From contig CAWJIM010000023.1 of NCBI GenBank assembly GCA_963842945.1, forward strand, positions 1-64,000: a stretch of 64,000 bases of DNA, in the 5' to 3' direction. Origin of the DNA: an uncultured Gemmatimonadales bacterium. Lineage in GTDB: Bacteria > Gemmatimonadota > Gemmatimonadetes > Gemmatimonadales > GWC2-71-9. The translations under genes and the position numbers were made by a program. Positions 22,150-42,828 of this stretch are shown piece after piece. The number at the start of each line of letters is the position of its first letter. Position 1 is the first letter of the stretch. The notes below the pieces were generated by a model, which had not been told where the DNA came from, did no database searches, and saw only the letters and a program-made list of their open reading frames with translations.

Positions 22150-24968
22150 GGAGTTGCCGTGTCCCAATCAGCTCGATGGTTCCTCGGCGAGTTCTCGCCG
22201 GGTGCGGCGCCATCAGCGCCCACGCGCAGAGCGCCCGAGTGCTCCCAGCCCCGCGCGCGCAGCGATCGTAGGGCGACACCATGACTTCGCTAGCTAGCCC
22301 CACAGGATGCCGTCGCTCTTTCACCGAGACGCACTCGCAAGGACGGTCCCTGGAAATCGTTCTCCGAGGTGACCAAGGGCGCCGAGGTCCGGAACGGCAT
22401 CTTCACGCTCTACCTCAAGCGCGACAAGGCCTACCTCTCGCTCTGACGCCCGGCCCAGCTCGATCGCGATTACCTGCTGGTCACCCAGCTCTCCCGGGGC
22501 ATCGGCGAGCTCGGTCTCGACGGTGGCACCTCGATCAGGTCTGACCTGGTCCGCTTCCATCGCGCCGGCGATCGGATCGAGCTCAGGGTGGTGAACCCCC
22601 GCTTTGCCGCGCACCCCGGGCACGCCGATGGCGCGCGCGGTGGACTACTCCTTCGGCCATTCGGTCGCGCAGTCGTTTCGCCATCGCCACCATGCGCGAC
22701 AACGGCGAGATCCTGGTCGACGTCGCACCCTTTCTCCTGTCGGATTGGGCCGACCTCGGCGCCTTCTTCCAGGGCGTCGCCACTCAGCGCAAGCTGACCG
22801 GCACCATCATGCTGGACCGGGAGCGGTCCAGCCTGGAGCGGACTCCAGCTATTCCCGGGAAATCTCGAGGCCGAGGTGCGGCTCACCTACCAGTCCAATC
22901 GAAATCTCGGACTCGAAGCGTTGGCGGACTACCGCTGGATTCCGGTAGGCGTTCACTATTCGCTGCTCGAGCTGCCAACTACTCCAATGCGCCCCCGCTA
23001 TGCCGACGAGCGGGTGGGCTACTTCGTGTCGGCGATCAAGGATTTCTCGCGCGATACCGCCGAGAGCTTCTTCGTTCGCTATCGTGAACCGCTGGCGCCT
23101 GGAGAAGCGCGATCCCAGCGCGGCCGTCAGCGAGCCGGTACAGCCGATCGTGTACTACATCGATCGCACCGTTCCGACCGAGTGGAGGCCGTGGGTCAGG
23201 GCCGGGATCCTGGAGTGGAACCGCGCCTTCGAGGAGGCCGGCTTCCGCAACGCGATCCAGGTGCTCGATGCGCCCGACGACACCCTCTGGAGCGCCGAGG
23301 ACGCCCGCTACTCCACCGTCCGCTGGACCGCCACCAACCGCAGCGTCTACGCGGTGGGACCGTCCAACGTCGATCCCCGCACCGGCGAGATCCTGAATGC
23401 CGACGTGCTGGTGTCGGCGGCCTGGATCCAGACCTGGCGTGGTGAATCGGGCGAGTACGTCGCCCCGAAGCCGGCGATCCGATCGGTGTTTCTCGAGGAC
23501 TCCGCCGGCAGCCGGACTCAACGGCGAGACCCGGCTGTGCAGTCTCGCCGAAGGGATGCGGCGCGAGGGTACCCTGACCCGTGCCCTGCTGGCCCACGGG
23601 ACGATGGCCTCGAACGGCGCACGTCACGCGGCGCTACATCGGCCAGGCGCTCAAGGCGCTGATCATGCATGAGGTGGGGCACACGCTCGGGCTTGCGCCA
23701 CAACTTCCGCGGCTCCGCCGGCGTCACCAAGGCCCAGCTCGCCGATCGGACGTACACCCAGGCCCATGGGCTGGGCGTGTCGGTGATGGACTACAGCCCC
23801 GCCGCGCTCTCCCTCGATCCGCGACAAGCAGGGCGATTACTACGCGCGCTACAATCGGCACCTACGACCGCTGGGCGATCCGCTATGGCTACACCGCCGC
23901 TGGGTCGCTGCGAGCTGGCCGCGACCAACGGCAAAGGGCTCCGGGGCACTCGCTCCGGACTTGGACGCCCGACGCGGAGATCAAGCTCTGCGGGCCGATT
24001 GCGGCCGAAGCGGCAGACCCCGCTCACCTCTACGGCACCGACGAGGACGCCGGGTTTGGGGGGCTGGGGCTCGACCCCACCGTTTCCCGCTACGATCAGA
24101 CCAACGATCCGCTGGAGTTGGGCCCGCGAGCGTGTCGCCCTGATCAACGGTCTGTTCGACTCACTGCCACCCGCATGGTGGCGCCGGGCCAGGGCTACGC
24201 CCGGCTGCGGTCGGCATTCAGCGATCTGCTGAACGACCGCTGGTACGCGACCCTCGTCACCACCAAGTATCTGGGCGGAGCCACCACGGCGCGGGATCAC
24301 CGGGGTGACCCCGCAGCCCGCCCGGCGTTCGTCACCGTGCCGGCCGCGCGTCAGCGTCGGGCACTGGCATTCATTGCGGAGGCCGGGTTCGGCGAGCGGG
24401 CCTATCGCTTCAGTCCCGACCTGCTCAGCCACCTCGGCCCCGACCGCTGGCGGCACTGGGGATCGACTCCTGGCGCCGATGGACGCATCGATTTCCCGCT
24501 TCACAACTGGGCGATGGCGCAGCAGAGTGCGCTGCTGGGCCAGCTGCTCGACCCCGCGGTCCTGTCCCGGATTCGTGACGCGGAGCTGCGGGCCACGGAA
24601 ACTGATCCGACCGTCACGATTCCCGAGCTGTTTGCCACCCTGACAGCCGCTATCTGGGCCGAGGTCGGCTATCCGGCGTCCCGACGGCAAGCCGGTGGTG
24701 GCGCGTAACATCACGTCGGTGCGGCGTGATCTGCAGCGGCTGTACCTGAACAGCCTGATCCGGATGATCGTGAACCCCCTGCCCGAGACCCCGGAAGACG
24801 CTCGAACACTGGCCCGCGTGACCCTGACCGATCTCGGCCATTCATCTGGATCGGGCTGGGCGTGCCGAGCTGGACCCTTACACCCGGGCACACCTGGTGG
24901 ATTCGCGCGAGCGGATCACTCAGGCCCTCCACGCGCAAATGTTTCAGAACGCCGGAATGGCAAGGTAA
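22150..24968 (+). CDS. Large secreted Zn-dependent metalloprotease (metzincin, DUF5117/DUF4953-type); heavily frameshifted, start approximate
   Basis: PRYADERVGYF, PIVYYID, DPRTGEILNAD, HEVGHTLGLRHNF, SVMDY, YDRWAIRYGY. Confidence 0.85.
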
Positions 24969-24973
24969 CCATC

Positions 24974-25129
24974 ATGCTGATGCCCTCTTCCGATCCATCC
25001 CCGCTGGTACAAACCGCCGTCTACATGGCGGGCATATTCCTGGGATACGTCCTGCTCGTGCGCCCCGACGAGTGGCAGCGCGCCTGGGAGACCATCCGCA
25101 GTGCCTGGAGTCGACCCTCCGAGGACTGA
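24974..25129 (+). CDS. Small putative membrane protein (51 aa)
   Basis: One hydrophobic segment then a Trp-rich amphipathic tail; starts just after the protease stop. Confidence 0.4.
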   Translation: MLMPSSDPSPLVQTAVYMAGIFLGYVLLVRPDEWQRAWETIRSAWSRPSED

Positions 25130-25188
25130 CGCTCGTCTCACCATCGGGCTGTTGCTCTCGGGTTTGATGTCCGCGTTATGTTCCCCCC

Positions 25189-26133
25189 ATGAGAACACAG
25201 CAGCAGGGCCCGGCACTCCAGGTTCGCGGTCTCCGCAAGGCCTATCAGGATGTGGTGGCGGTGGACGGTCTCGACCTGGAGATCCACGCGGGCGAGTGCT
25301 TCGGCCTTCTCGGTCCCAACGGCGCCGGCAAGACCACCACGATCGAGATCTGCGAAGGGCTCAACACCCCGGATAGCGGCGAGGTTCTGGTGCTTGGGCC
25401 GCCACTGGGGAAAGGACGACCGCGACCTTACGCGAGCTGCTCGGCATCTCCCTGCAGGAAACCCAATTCTCCGAAAAGCTCACAGTCGAAGAGACCGTGC
25501 GGCTCTTCCGCAGCTTCTATCGCGGTGGTCCCTCCCCGGCAAACGTGATCGGCATGGTGCAGCTGCAGGAGAAGACCCATTCCCGCGTGGGTCAGCTCTC
25601 CGGCGGCCAGAAGCAACGGCTGGCCCTCGCCTGCGCCTTGGTAGGAGATCCCGAACTGCTCTTCCTGGACGAGCCGACCACCGGGCTCGACCCCCAATCC
25701 CGTCGGCAGCTCTGGGAGCTGATCGAGGTCTTCAAATCGGATGGCCGGTCGATTCTGCTGACCACCCATTACATGGACGAAGCCGAGCGCCTCTGCGACC
25801 GAGTGGCGATCGTGGACCATGGACGCACCATAGCCCTGGGCACGCCCGGTGAGCTGATCGCCGGGCTCCGGGCGGAGCATGTGCTCGAGTTTGCCCTTGC
25901 CGGAGCGCCAGCCATGGACGATGGGGCACTGCGGAGTTTGGAAGGAGTCTGCGCGGTCCGACCGACGGGACGGGACTTACCGGCTCCAGGTGGAGGAACT
26001 GCACCGGGCCATGCCCGCGCTGCTGCAGGAGCTTCGACGGCAGGGTGCTCAGCTGTCCGAGCTGAGAACCCATTCGGCCACGCTGGAAGATGTTTTCGTA
26101 TCGCTCACCGGAAGGAACCTCCGCGATGAGTGA
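25189..26133 (+). CDS. ABC-2-type exporter ATP-binding subunit (frameshifted)
   Basis: [42 protein letters not shown]. Confidence 0.92.
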
Positions 26134-27184
26134 GGCGCGCCGCTGGTCCGACCACCCTCTCGTGCAGCTGACCCGGGTTCGGTATCGCGAGTTCTTCCGG
26201 GAGCCCGAGGCGGTGTTCTGGGTATTTGTTTTCCCAATTCTCCTTGCCGCCGGGCTAGGCATAGCCTTCCGCAACCGGGCACCGGAACGGACGATCATAG
26301 GCGTGGTCGCCACGCCGGGCGACACCACGCCTCCTGGCTGCTTTGCGCTCCGGCCCGGAGCTGCAGGCGTTGTCGATGACCGACTCCGCGGCCGCCCAGG
26401 CGCTCCGAACCGGCGACGCTGGCCTTGTGGTGGCCCGGACTCCAGCGGGGGGAATCGAGTACCGCTACGACGAGACCCGCCCGGAAAGCCGGACCGCCAA
26501 GCTGCTGGCCGATGACGCACTGCAACGGGCCGAAGGGCGACAAGACCCTGTTCCCGTACGCGAACGCCTGGTTGCAGGAGCGGGGAGCCCGCTACATCGA
26601 CTTCCTCATCCCGGGGCTGCTCGGCATGAACCTGATGGGGAGCGGAATCTGGGGCCTGGGCTTTGCCATCGTGGACGCCCGGAAGAAACGGCTGCTCAAG
26701 CGGCTGATCGCGACCCCGATGTCGCGCTGGCAGTATCTCGCTTCGTTTGCGCTATCGCGGCTTACCCTGCTTTTTCTCGAGGTCGGGCTGCTCCTCGGTT
26801 TTGCCGTGCTGGTGTTCGGTGTCCCGGTGCGCGGCTCTCTCCCGCTGCTGCTCCTGATTTGCCTGCTGTCCTCGCTCTGCTTTCGCGTCGCTCGGGCTGC
26901 TGATTGCGTCGCGGGCCCAGACCATCGAGGGCGCGTCGGGTCTCATGAACCTGGTGATGCTTCCGATGTGGATCTTCTCCGGCGTCTTCTTCTCCTCCTC
27001 CCGCTTTCCGGAGGCAATCCAGCCATTGATCCAGGCGCTGCCGCTCACCGCGGTCATTGACGCGCTTCGGGGGAATGTGCTTCGCGGCGCCGGGCTGAGG
27101 ACGATTGCGCCGGAGCTCGCGATTATACTCGGGTGGATGGTGGTGAGCTTCGTGCTGGCGGTGAAGCTGTTTCGCTGGCGGTAG
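26126..27184 (+). CDS. ABC-2-type exporter permease (frameshifted)
   Basis: FREPEAVFWVFVFP, RYIDFLIPG, LKRLIATP, SGVFF, LPLT. Confidence 0.88.
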
Positions 27185-27274
27185 AACCGATTCTAGGCCG
27201 TGTGCATCTTGACGCCGCCCCGACCCGCACTGCATCTTCCTCGCTCTACAACCTGCCAACCGAAGGAGGATGCC

Positions 27275-27822
27275 ATGAAAACAGCGCTCCGTTGCTCGCC
27301 GCCTCTGCTGTCATCGCGGTGGCCGGCGTTCAGCTTGCAGCTGCCCAGGGCCAGGCAGCCCCCCAGCCGGGACCGGAGCACCAGCGACTCGCCTATTTCG
27401 TCGGGAAGTGGAAGGCCGAGGGAGAGATGAAGCCAGGTCCGATGGGACCCGGCGGCAAGATGACCTCGACCGACAACTGCGAGTGGTTCGAGGGTCACTA
27501 CAGCGTGGTCTGCCGCTCTGAGGGCAAGACGCCGATGGGGGCCAACAAGAGCATCGGCATTCTGGGCTACAACACCGAGGAAAAGGTCTACACCTACTAC
27601 GCGGTGGACAACACCAACATGAACATGGCCAGCGTTCCCAAGGGCACGGTGCAGGGCGACACCTGGACCTACCATGACGAAGGAATGATGGGTGGCCAGA
27701 AGATGAAGTCGCGGGTAGTCATCAAGGAGCTCTCCCCCAAGTCATACAGCTTCAGGATGGATATGCAGGGGCCCGACGGGAAATGGGTCACGGCCATGGA
27801 GAGCAAGAACACGAAGCAATAG
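27275..27822 (+). CDS. Secreted DUF1579-like protein
   Basis: Signal peptide, PGPEHQRL..FVGKW, GILGY, beta-strand pattern; SD GGAGG. Confidence 0.65.
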
Positions 27823-27921
27823 GCGGGGCAGCTGGGCAGCGAGCATGAAAAACGGCGCTCGGGATACTTTCCCGGGCGCCGTCTTCTTCTATCGACTGCT
27901 TTGCTGCGGTTACTGCCCCGC
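27823..27921. terminator. Bidirectional terminator between rpoC and the convergent gene, flanked by GCGGGGCA/TGCCCCGC repeat arms
   Basis: aaaaacggcgctcggga-tactt-tcccgggcgccgtcttctt. Confidence 0.7.
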
Positions 27922-27923
27922 GG

Positions 27924-36978
<9,055 letters not shown>

Positions 36979-37169
36979 TCGCTCTCACGCAACACAAATG
37001 GCCCCAGCGCGGAATCCCCCGGCGAAGCGGGGTGGCTACGGGGCTCGGCAAATTCAGGAACGTACGGAGCTTCGTGTTGCATTCGTCTCACTGAAATAGG
37101 GTGAAAGCCCGAGAGATCCTTCGCGTCCGAGCCCCGCGGGCTCGGATCCGCTCAGGATAGGGCCGCGCC

Positions 37170-37568
37170 CTACTTCAGTTCGACGACCGCGCCCTGCTCC
37201 TCCAGCTTCTTCTTGATTTCCTCGGCCTCCGCTTTGGACACGCCTTCCTTGATGTTGCTGGGGACGTTGTCCACCGCATCCTTGGCTTCCTTCAGACCCA
37301 GGCTGGTGATCTCGCGGACCACCTTGATGACCTTGATCTTGTTGGGCCCGCCCTCCTTGAGGGCGACGGTCCACTCGGTCTTCTCTTCGGCCGGCGCCGC
37401 CGGTGCAGCGCCGCCGCCGCCGCCGCCGCCTGCCGGAGCCGCCGCGGCCGCTGCGATCGTGACGTTGAACTTGGTCTTGAACGCCTCGATCAGGTCCGCC
37501 AGCTCGACAACGGTCTTGTTGCCGATCGCCTCGAGAATCTCTTCGTTACTCAGCGTGGTGGTGGGCAT
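37170..37568 (-). CDS. rplL: 50S ribosomal protein L7/L12
   Basis: [16 protein letters not shown], Ala/Gly hinge. Confidence 0.96.
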   Translation of the reverse strand: MPTTTLSNEEILEAIGNKTVVELADLIEAFKTKFNVTIAAAAAAPAGGGGGGGAAPAAPAEEKTEWTVALKEGGPNKIKVIKVVREITSLGLKEAKDAVDNVPSNIKEGVSKAEAEEIKKKLEEQGAVVELK

Positions 37569-37599
37569 CGATGTTTGTCTCTCTCAATCCGGATGATTG

Positions 37600-38118
37600 T
37601 TACGAACGCTGTGCGCGAAGCGCCTCGAGGGCGCCGACCATCTGATACAGACATTCCATTCATGACGCCGGCAAACTGGGCCAACGGGGCCTGCATGGCG
37701 CCGGCCAGCTGCGACAGCAGCACGTCCCTCGGACGGCAAGGCTCGCCAGCCGCTTGACCTGGTCCGACGTGACCGGCCGGCCGTCGACCAGGCCGATCTT
37801 GATCGTGGGCTTCTCGAACTCCTTGGCGAAATCGGTCAGCACCTTGGCCGCGGCCACCGGGTCCTTCCCCGCCAGCACCAGCCCGGTCGGTCCTGCCAGG
37901 TGGTCGTCCAGCCCCGTGACCGAGTTGGCGGCCAGGGCCCGCTGAGCCAGCGTGTTCTTGACCACCACGTAGGAGACGCCCGCCGCCCGGAGCCGGCGGC
38001 GGAACTCCGTCATCCGGAGCACGTTGAGACCGCTGAAGTCGGTCACGTAGATGTTGGGCGAGGCCCTGAACTGCTCGGTCAGGCTCTGCACCGTCTCCTG
38101 CCGCTCGGTCTTGTTCAT
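37600..38118 (-). CDS. rplJ: 50S ribosomal protein L10 (frameshifted)
   Basis: DFSGLNV, VVKNTL, GPTGL. Confidence 0.92.
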
Positions 38119-38806
38119 CGGTACACCGCCGTCTCGAGCCGAACGCCCGGGCCCATGGTGCTGGAGACCGTGGCCGAGCGAATGTAGGTGCCCTTGGCCG
38201 CGGCGGGCTTGGCCCGCGCGATGGTGTCCATGAACGCCTGGACGTTGTCCGCCAGCTGGGGCAGCCGAAAGGAAACCTTGCCCACCGGAGCATGCACGTT
38301 GCCGGTCTTGTCCACCCGGAACTCGATCTTGCCGGCCTTGATCTCCCGGACCGCCTCGGCTCACGTCCATGGTGACCGTGCCGGCCTTGGGATTGGGCAT
38401 CAGGCCGCGGGGGCCGAGCACCTTGTCCCAGCGCGCCCAGCTGACCCATGACGTCAGGAGTGGCGACGATGACGTCAGCACTCGAGCCAGCCTTCCTTGA
38501 TCTTCTGGATGTACTCGATCCCCACGAAATCGGCGCCCGCCGCTTCCGCCTCCCGTACCCGGTCGCCCTGGGTTATCACTAACACCCGAACCGACTTTCC
38601 GGTTCCATGAGGCAGCACCACGGTGCCCCGGACCACCTGGTCGGCATGCCGCGGGTCTACTCCCAGGTTGACCGCCACATCCACGGTCTCGTCGAACTTG
38701 GCAAAGGAGGAGTCCTTCACCAGCGCGACGGCGTCCGGGATGGGGTACTCCCGCATCCGGTCGACCTTGGCGACCGCCGCGCGAACTTCTTGCCCCGGGC
38801 CGCCAT
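38115..38806 (-). CDS. rplA: 50S ribosomal protein L1 (frameshifted)
   Basis: [32 protein letters not shown]. Confidence 0.94.
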
Positions 38807-39232
38807 CAGTCGACCACCTCCAGCCCCATCGACCGGGCGGTGCCCGCGATCATGCGCATGGCGCTGTCCAGGTCGGCCGCATTGAGATCGGCCATCTTGA
38901 TCTCGGCGATCTTCCTGACCTGAGCGCGGGTGACCCGGCCGACCTTGGTCCGGTTGGGCTGGCCGCTCCCCTTCTCGATCCCGGCTTCCTTAAGAAGGAG
39001 GTTCGGCGCCGGCGGGGTCTTGGTAATGAAGGTGAATGTCCGATCGGCGAAGATCGTGACCACGCACCGGGATGACCATCCCGCTCTGACTTTGGGTCCT
39101 CGCGTTGAACTGCTTCACGAACTCCATGATGTTGACGCCGTGGGGGCCCAGCGCGGTTCCCACCGGCGGGGCCGGCGTGGCCGCACCCGCGGGGCACTGC
39201 AGCTTGACCATGGCGTTGATCTTCTTGGCCAT
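38806..39232 (-). CDS. rplK: 50S ribosomal protein L11 (frameshifted)
   Basis: [23 protein letters not shown]. Confidence 0.94.
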
Positions 39233-39296
39233 CTGATCTCCTTAGCGTCTGCCCTCTCGGGCGACTCCCACAATGACCCGCGTGGTAGCGGGGCCT

Positions 39297-39839
39297 CTAA
39301 TGTCCCCTCAACTGCAAATAATCCAACTCGACTGCCGTCGGCCGTCCAAACAGGCTCACCGAAACCCGGACCTTCCCCTTGTCGCGAGCACCTCTTCGAC
39401 CGTGCCGCTGAAGTCGGAGAACGGGCCCTCGGTGATCTCGACCACCTGACCGATCAGGAATGGGATTTCTTCCTTCGGCTCTGCCTCCGCCACTGCCTCG
39501 GCGATGCCGAGCAGACGGTTTACCTCGTCCTGCCGGAGCGGCTGGGGCATCTTGCCGGTGCCCACGAACTTGATCACGCCCTGAATGCTGTTCACCACGT
39601 GCAGCGCTTCCTGGCTCATTCCCATCTCGACCAGGACGTAGCCCGGATAGAGCTTCCGCTCGACCATTGACCTTCTTGCCGTTCTTGATCTCGATCACTT
39701 CCTGGACCGGGACCAGCGCCTGGCGGATCAGCTTGGCCTCGGCCGGACGAGGGTCCTCCTCGATCCGCCTCTGGAGCAGCCCGCGCACCTTGTTCTCGTG
39801 GCCGGCGGTCGTCTGGATCGCGTACCAGCGGTATTCCAT
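39297..39839 (-). CDS. nusG: Transcription factor NusG (frameshifted; possible upstream start at 39959)
   Basis: WYAIQT..GHE, YPGYVLV, GPFSDF, FGRPT. Confidence 0.94.
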   Translation of the reverse strand: MEYRWYAIQTTAGHENKVRGLLQRRIEEDPRPAEAKLIRQALVPVQEVIEIKNGKKVNGRAEALSGLRPGRDGNEPGSAARGEQHSGRDQVRGHRQDAPAAPAGRGKPSARHRRGSGGGRAEGRNPIPDRSGGRDHRGPVLRLQRHGRRGARDKGKVRVSVSLFGRPTAVELDYLQLRGH

Positions 39840-39846
39840 ATGGCTC

Positions 39847-39957
39847 AGTCGCGAGCCGCGAGTTTCGAGTCGCGAGTCTGTAGCGACCCGTAACCCCTCA
39901 CTCGTGACTCGTGATTCCTCTCCCAAACTCGTGATCGGGACTCGCGACTCGCGACTC
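39847..39957. repeat. Heptamer inverted-arm element (AGTCGCG/ACTCGTG)
   Basis: agtcgcg-agccgcg-agtttcg-agtcgcg ... actcgtg-actcgtg ... actcgcg-actcgcg. Confidence 0.85.
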
Positions 39958-39958
39958 A

Positions 39959-40199
39959 TTACCGCGCGAGCCGCGCGACTCCCTCAACGAGGATCAGCTG
40001 GAGCACCCAGTCCATCAGCCCGATCGTGAGTCCCAACACGATCGAGAGCACGATGATCATCCGGGTGGCCTTGACCAGCTCGGGCCGAGTTGGCCAGGTG
40101 ACCTTCCTCAGCTCCTCGCGCACCGCCCGAGGAAAGCCGCTGTCCGGTGGCACCCACCCGATCAGCCTGTTGGACCGCGTGCTGACTGCCGCTGTCCAC
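39959..40199 (-). CDS. secE: Preprotein translocase SecE (5' part frameshifted)
   Basis: ELRKVTWP then one TM helix; between rpmG and nusG. Confidence 0.9.
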
Positions 40200-40201
40200 G
40201 T

Positions 40202-40354
40202 TTACTTGGACTCTTTATGCAGCTTGTGCGAGTCGCAGCTGGGGGCAATACTTCCGCCGCTCCACCCGCTCCGGGTGCTTCCGCTTGTTCTTATCGGTAA
40301 AGAAGTTGCGGTTTTTGCACTCGGTGCATTCGAGAATGATTTTGTCTCTGGCAT
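40202..40354 (-). CDS. rpmG: 50S ribosomal protein L33, Zn-binding type (not in the ORF track; two indels)
   Basis: Read by hand: [40 protein letters not shown]. Confidence 0.9.
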   Translation of the reverse strand: MPETKSFSNAPSAKTATSLPIRTSGSTRSGWSGGSIAPSCDSHKLHKESK

Positions 40355-40407
40355 CTCGTTCAGTCGGGAAGTCGGGTCGGAGTCTGATTCCGCTCCGACC
40401 CGCTCCG

Positions 40408-41602
<1,195 letters not shown>

Positions 41603-41640
41603 GGTCGCTCTGTCCTGGTCTCTAGTGTGTGACGTCTGCT

Positions 41641-41693
41641 GGGAGTCGGGAGCTCTCGCAGCCTCGTCTCCTGACTCCTAGCTCTCGACTCCT
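41641..41693. repeat. Heptamer inverted-arm element (GGAGTCG/CTCCTGA-like)
   Basis: ggagtcg-ggagctc ... ctcctga-ctcctag-ctctcga-ctcct. Confidence 0.6.
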
Positions 41694-41702
41694 CTACCAC
41701 CA

Positions 41703-41775
<73 letters not shown>

Positions 41776-41780
41776 GACGA

Positions 41781-41853
41781 AGCGGGCGACGGGACTCGAA
41801 CCCGCGACCCTCAGCTTGGAAGGCTGATGCTCTACCAACTGAGCTACACCCGC
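41781..41853 (-). tRNA. tRNA-Gly(TCC)
   Basis: GCGGGTG acceptor, anticodon TCC, GGTTCGAG. Confidence 0.95.
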
Positions 41854-41858
41854 GACTT

Positions 41859-41971
41859 CAGCGGGGCAGTTATCAGCGGGGCCGCGGGGCGGTCTGCTCC
41901 GCAGTAGCTCCGGCTCCGTCCCCACTCGCTCGATCACTGCCCCGCCACCCTGCTGCCCTCCTGCCCCGCTG
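41859..41971. repeat. Heptamer inverted-arm element (GCGGGGC/CTGCCCC) in the tRNA-Tyr/Gly spacer
   Basis: cagcggggcag...gcggggc-cgcggggc ... ctgccccg...ctgccccgctg. Confidence 0.7.
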
Positions 41972-41974
41972 CCA

Positions 41975-42059
41975 TGGTGGGGGTAGGATTCGAACCTACG
42001 TAGGGCGTTAGCCCGGCAGATTTACAGTCTGCTACCATTAGCCACTCGGTCACCCCACC
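41975..42059 (-). tRNA. tRNA-Tyr(GTA)
   Basis: Long variable arm, anticodon loop CTGTAAA, GGTTCGAATCC. Confidence 0.95.
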
Positions 42060-42155
42060 GCGCCGTCACTCCCACCCTATCTGATACAGAACCCCGCCGG
42101 CATGAAGCGGGGTCCGATCGTCGTTGGGAATGGGCCCGAATTTTGACAGACCCTT

Positions 42156-42184
42156 AGAGTAACGGGGGGTGCTAACTAGTGCAA
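42156..42184 (-). promoter_or_regulatory. sigma70-type promoter for tRNA-Tyr-Gly-Thr-tuf
   Basis: TTGCAC-17nt-TACTCT. Confidence 0.6.
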
Positions 42185-42302
42185 GGGGTTGCTGTTATTC
42201 AGAGGGCGGGAGACCGCTCAGCCGGGTACAAATTGGCGGCACCCCAGGGGAACCCGGTTGAGACTTGGCGGGTTTCGCTTCAATTCGAGCCCAGGAATTC
42301 CC

Positions 42303-42686
42303 GTGAGCACGCTGGAAGAGAACAAGCGAACCGTGACTCAGTTCTACGACCTCATGTTCAACCAATGTCGGCCAGCCGAAGCGGTCCGGCGCTACGTGGG
42401 CAACAACTACACCCAGCACAACCCAATGGTCGCGGACGGGAAGGACGCCTTCATCGAGTACTTCGAGCGCATGGCTCGGGAGTACCCCGGCAAGCGGGTC
42501 CACTTTCAGCGGGTGATCGCCGAAGGGGATTACGTGGTGCTGCACTGCCGTCAGGAATGGCCGGGCGGGCCGGATTGGGCAGGGATCGACATCTTCCGGC
42601 TGGACCGTGATGGCAAGATTGTCGAGCACTGGGACGTGCTGCAGACGGTGCCGGAAACCTCGGCCAATCAGAACACGATGTTCTGA
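42303..42686 (+). CDS. SnoaL-like / NTF2-fold protein
   Basis: [39 protein letters not shown]. Confidence 0.88.
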   Translation: MSTLEENKRTVTQFYDLMFNQCRPAEAVRRYVGNNYTQHNPMVADGKDAFIEYFERMAREYPGKRVHFQRVIAEGDYVVLHCRQEWPGGPDWAGIDIFRLDRDGKIVEHWDVLQTVPETSANQNTMF

Positions 42687-42705
42687 GCGGAGAACTAACC
42701 GTCAC

Positions 42706-42730
42706 ACAAAAGCCCCGAGACTCTAGGGCT
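42706..42730 (-). terminator. Intrinsic terminator after tRNA-Thr(TGT)
   Basis: AGCCCTAGAGTCTCGGGGCT followed by TTTGTGT. Confidence 0.55.
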
Positions 42731-42741
42731 GATCCAGGATG

Positions 42742-42814
42742 AGCTGACGAGGGGAATCGAACCCCTAACCTGCTGATTACAAATCAGCTGCTCTGCCAAT
42801 TGAGCTACGTCAGC
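42742..42814 (-). tRNA. tRNA-Thr(TGT)
   Basis: GCTGACG acceptor, anticodon TGT, GGTTCGATTCC. Confidence 0.95.
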
Positions 42815-42828
42815 GGACTGCCGGAAAG

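Noticed and set aside
21808..27923. Inserted block as a mobile element
   Set aside because: No transposase, integrase, terminal repeats or target duplication; composition looks like the flanks
39233..39296. Possible L1-binding leader before rplK (GGGAG plus GCCC-GAGA-GGGC hairpin)
   Set aside because: Plausible, but I could not match the full motif by eye; needs a covariance search
39847..39957. Short repeats as a possible CRISPR array
   Set aside because: Units are 7 nt, tandem and inverted, with no unique spacers and no cas genes
40199..40202. tRNA-Trp often found between rpmG and secE
   Set aside because: The genes abut; no tRNA fold is present
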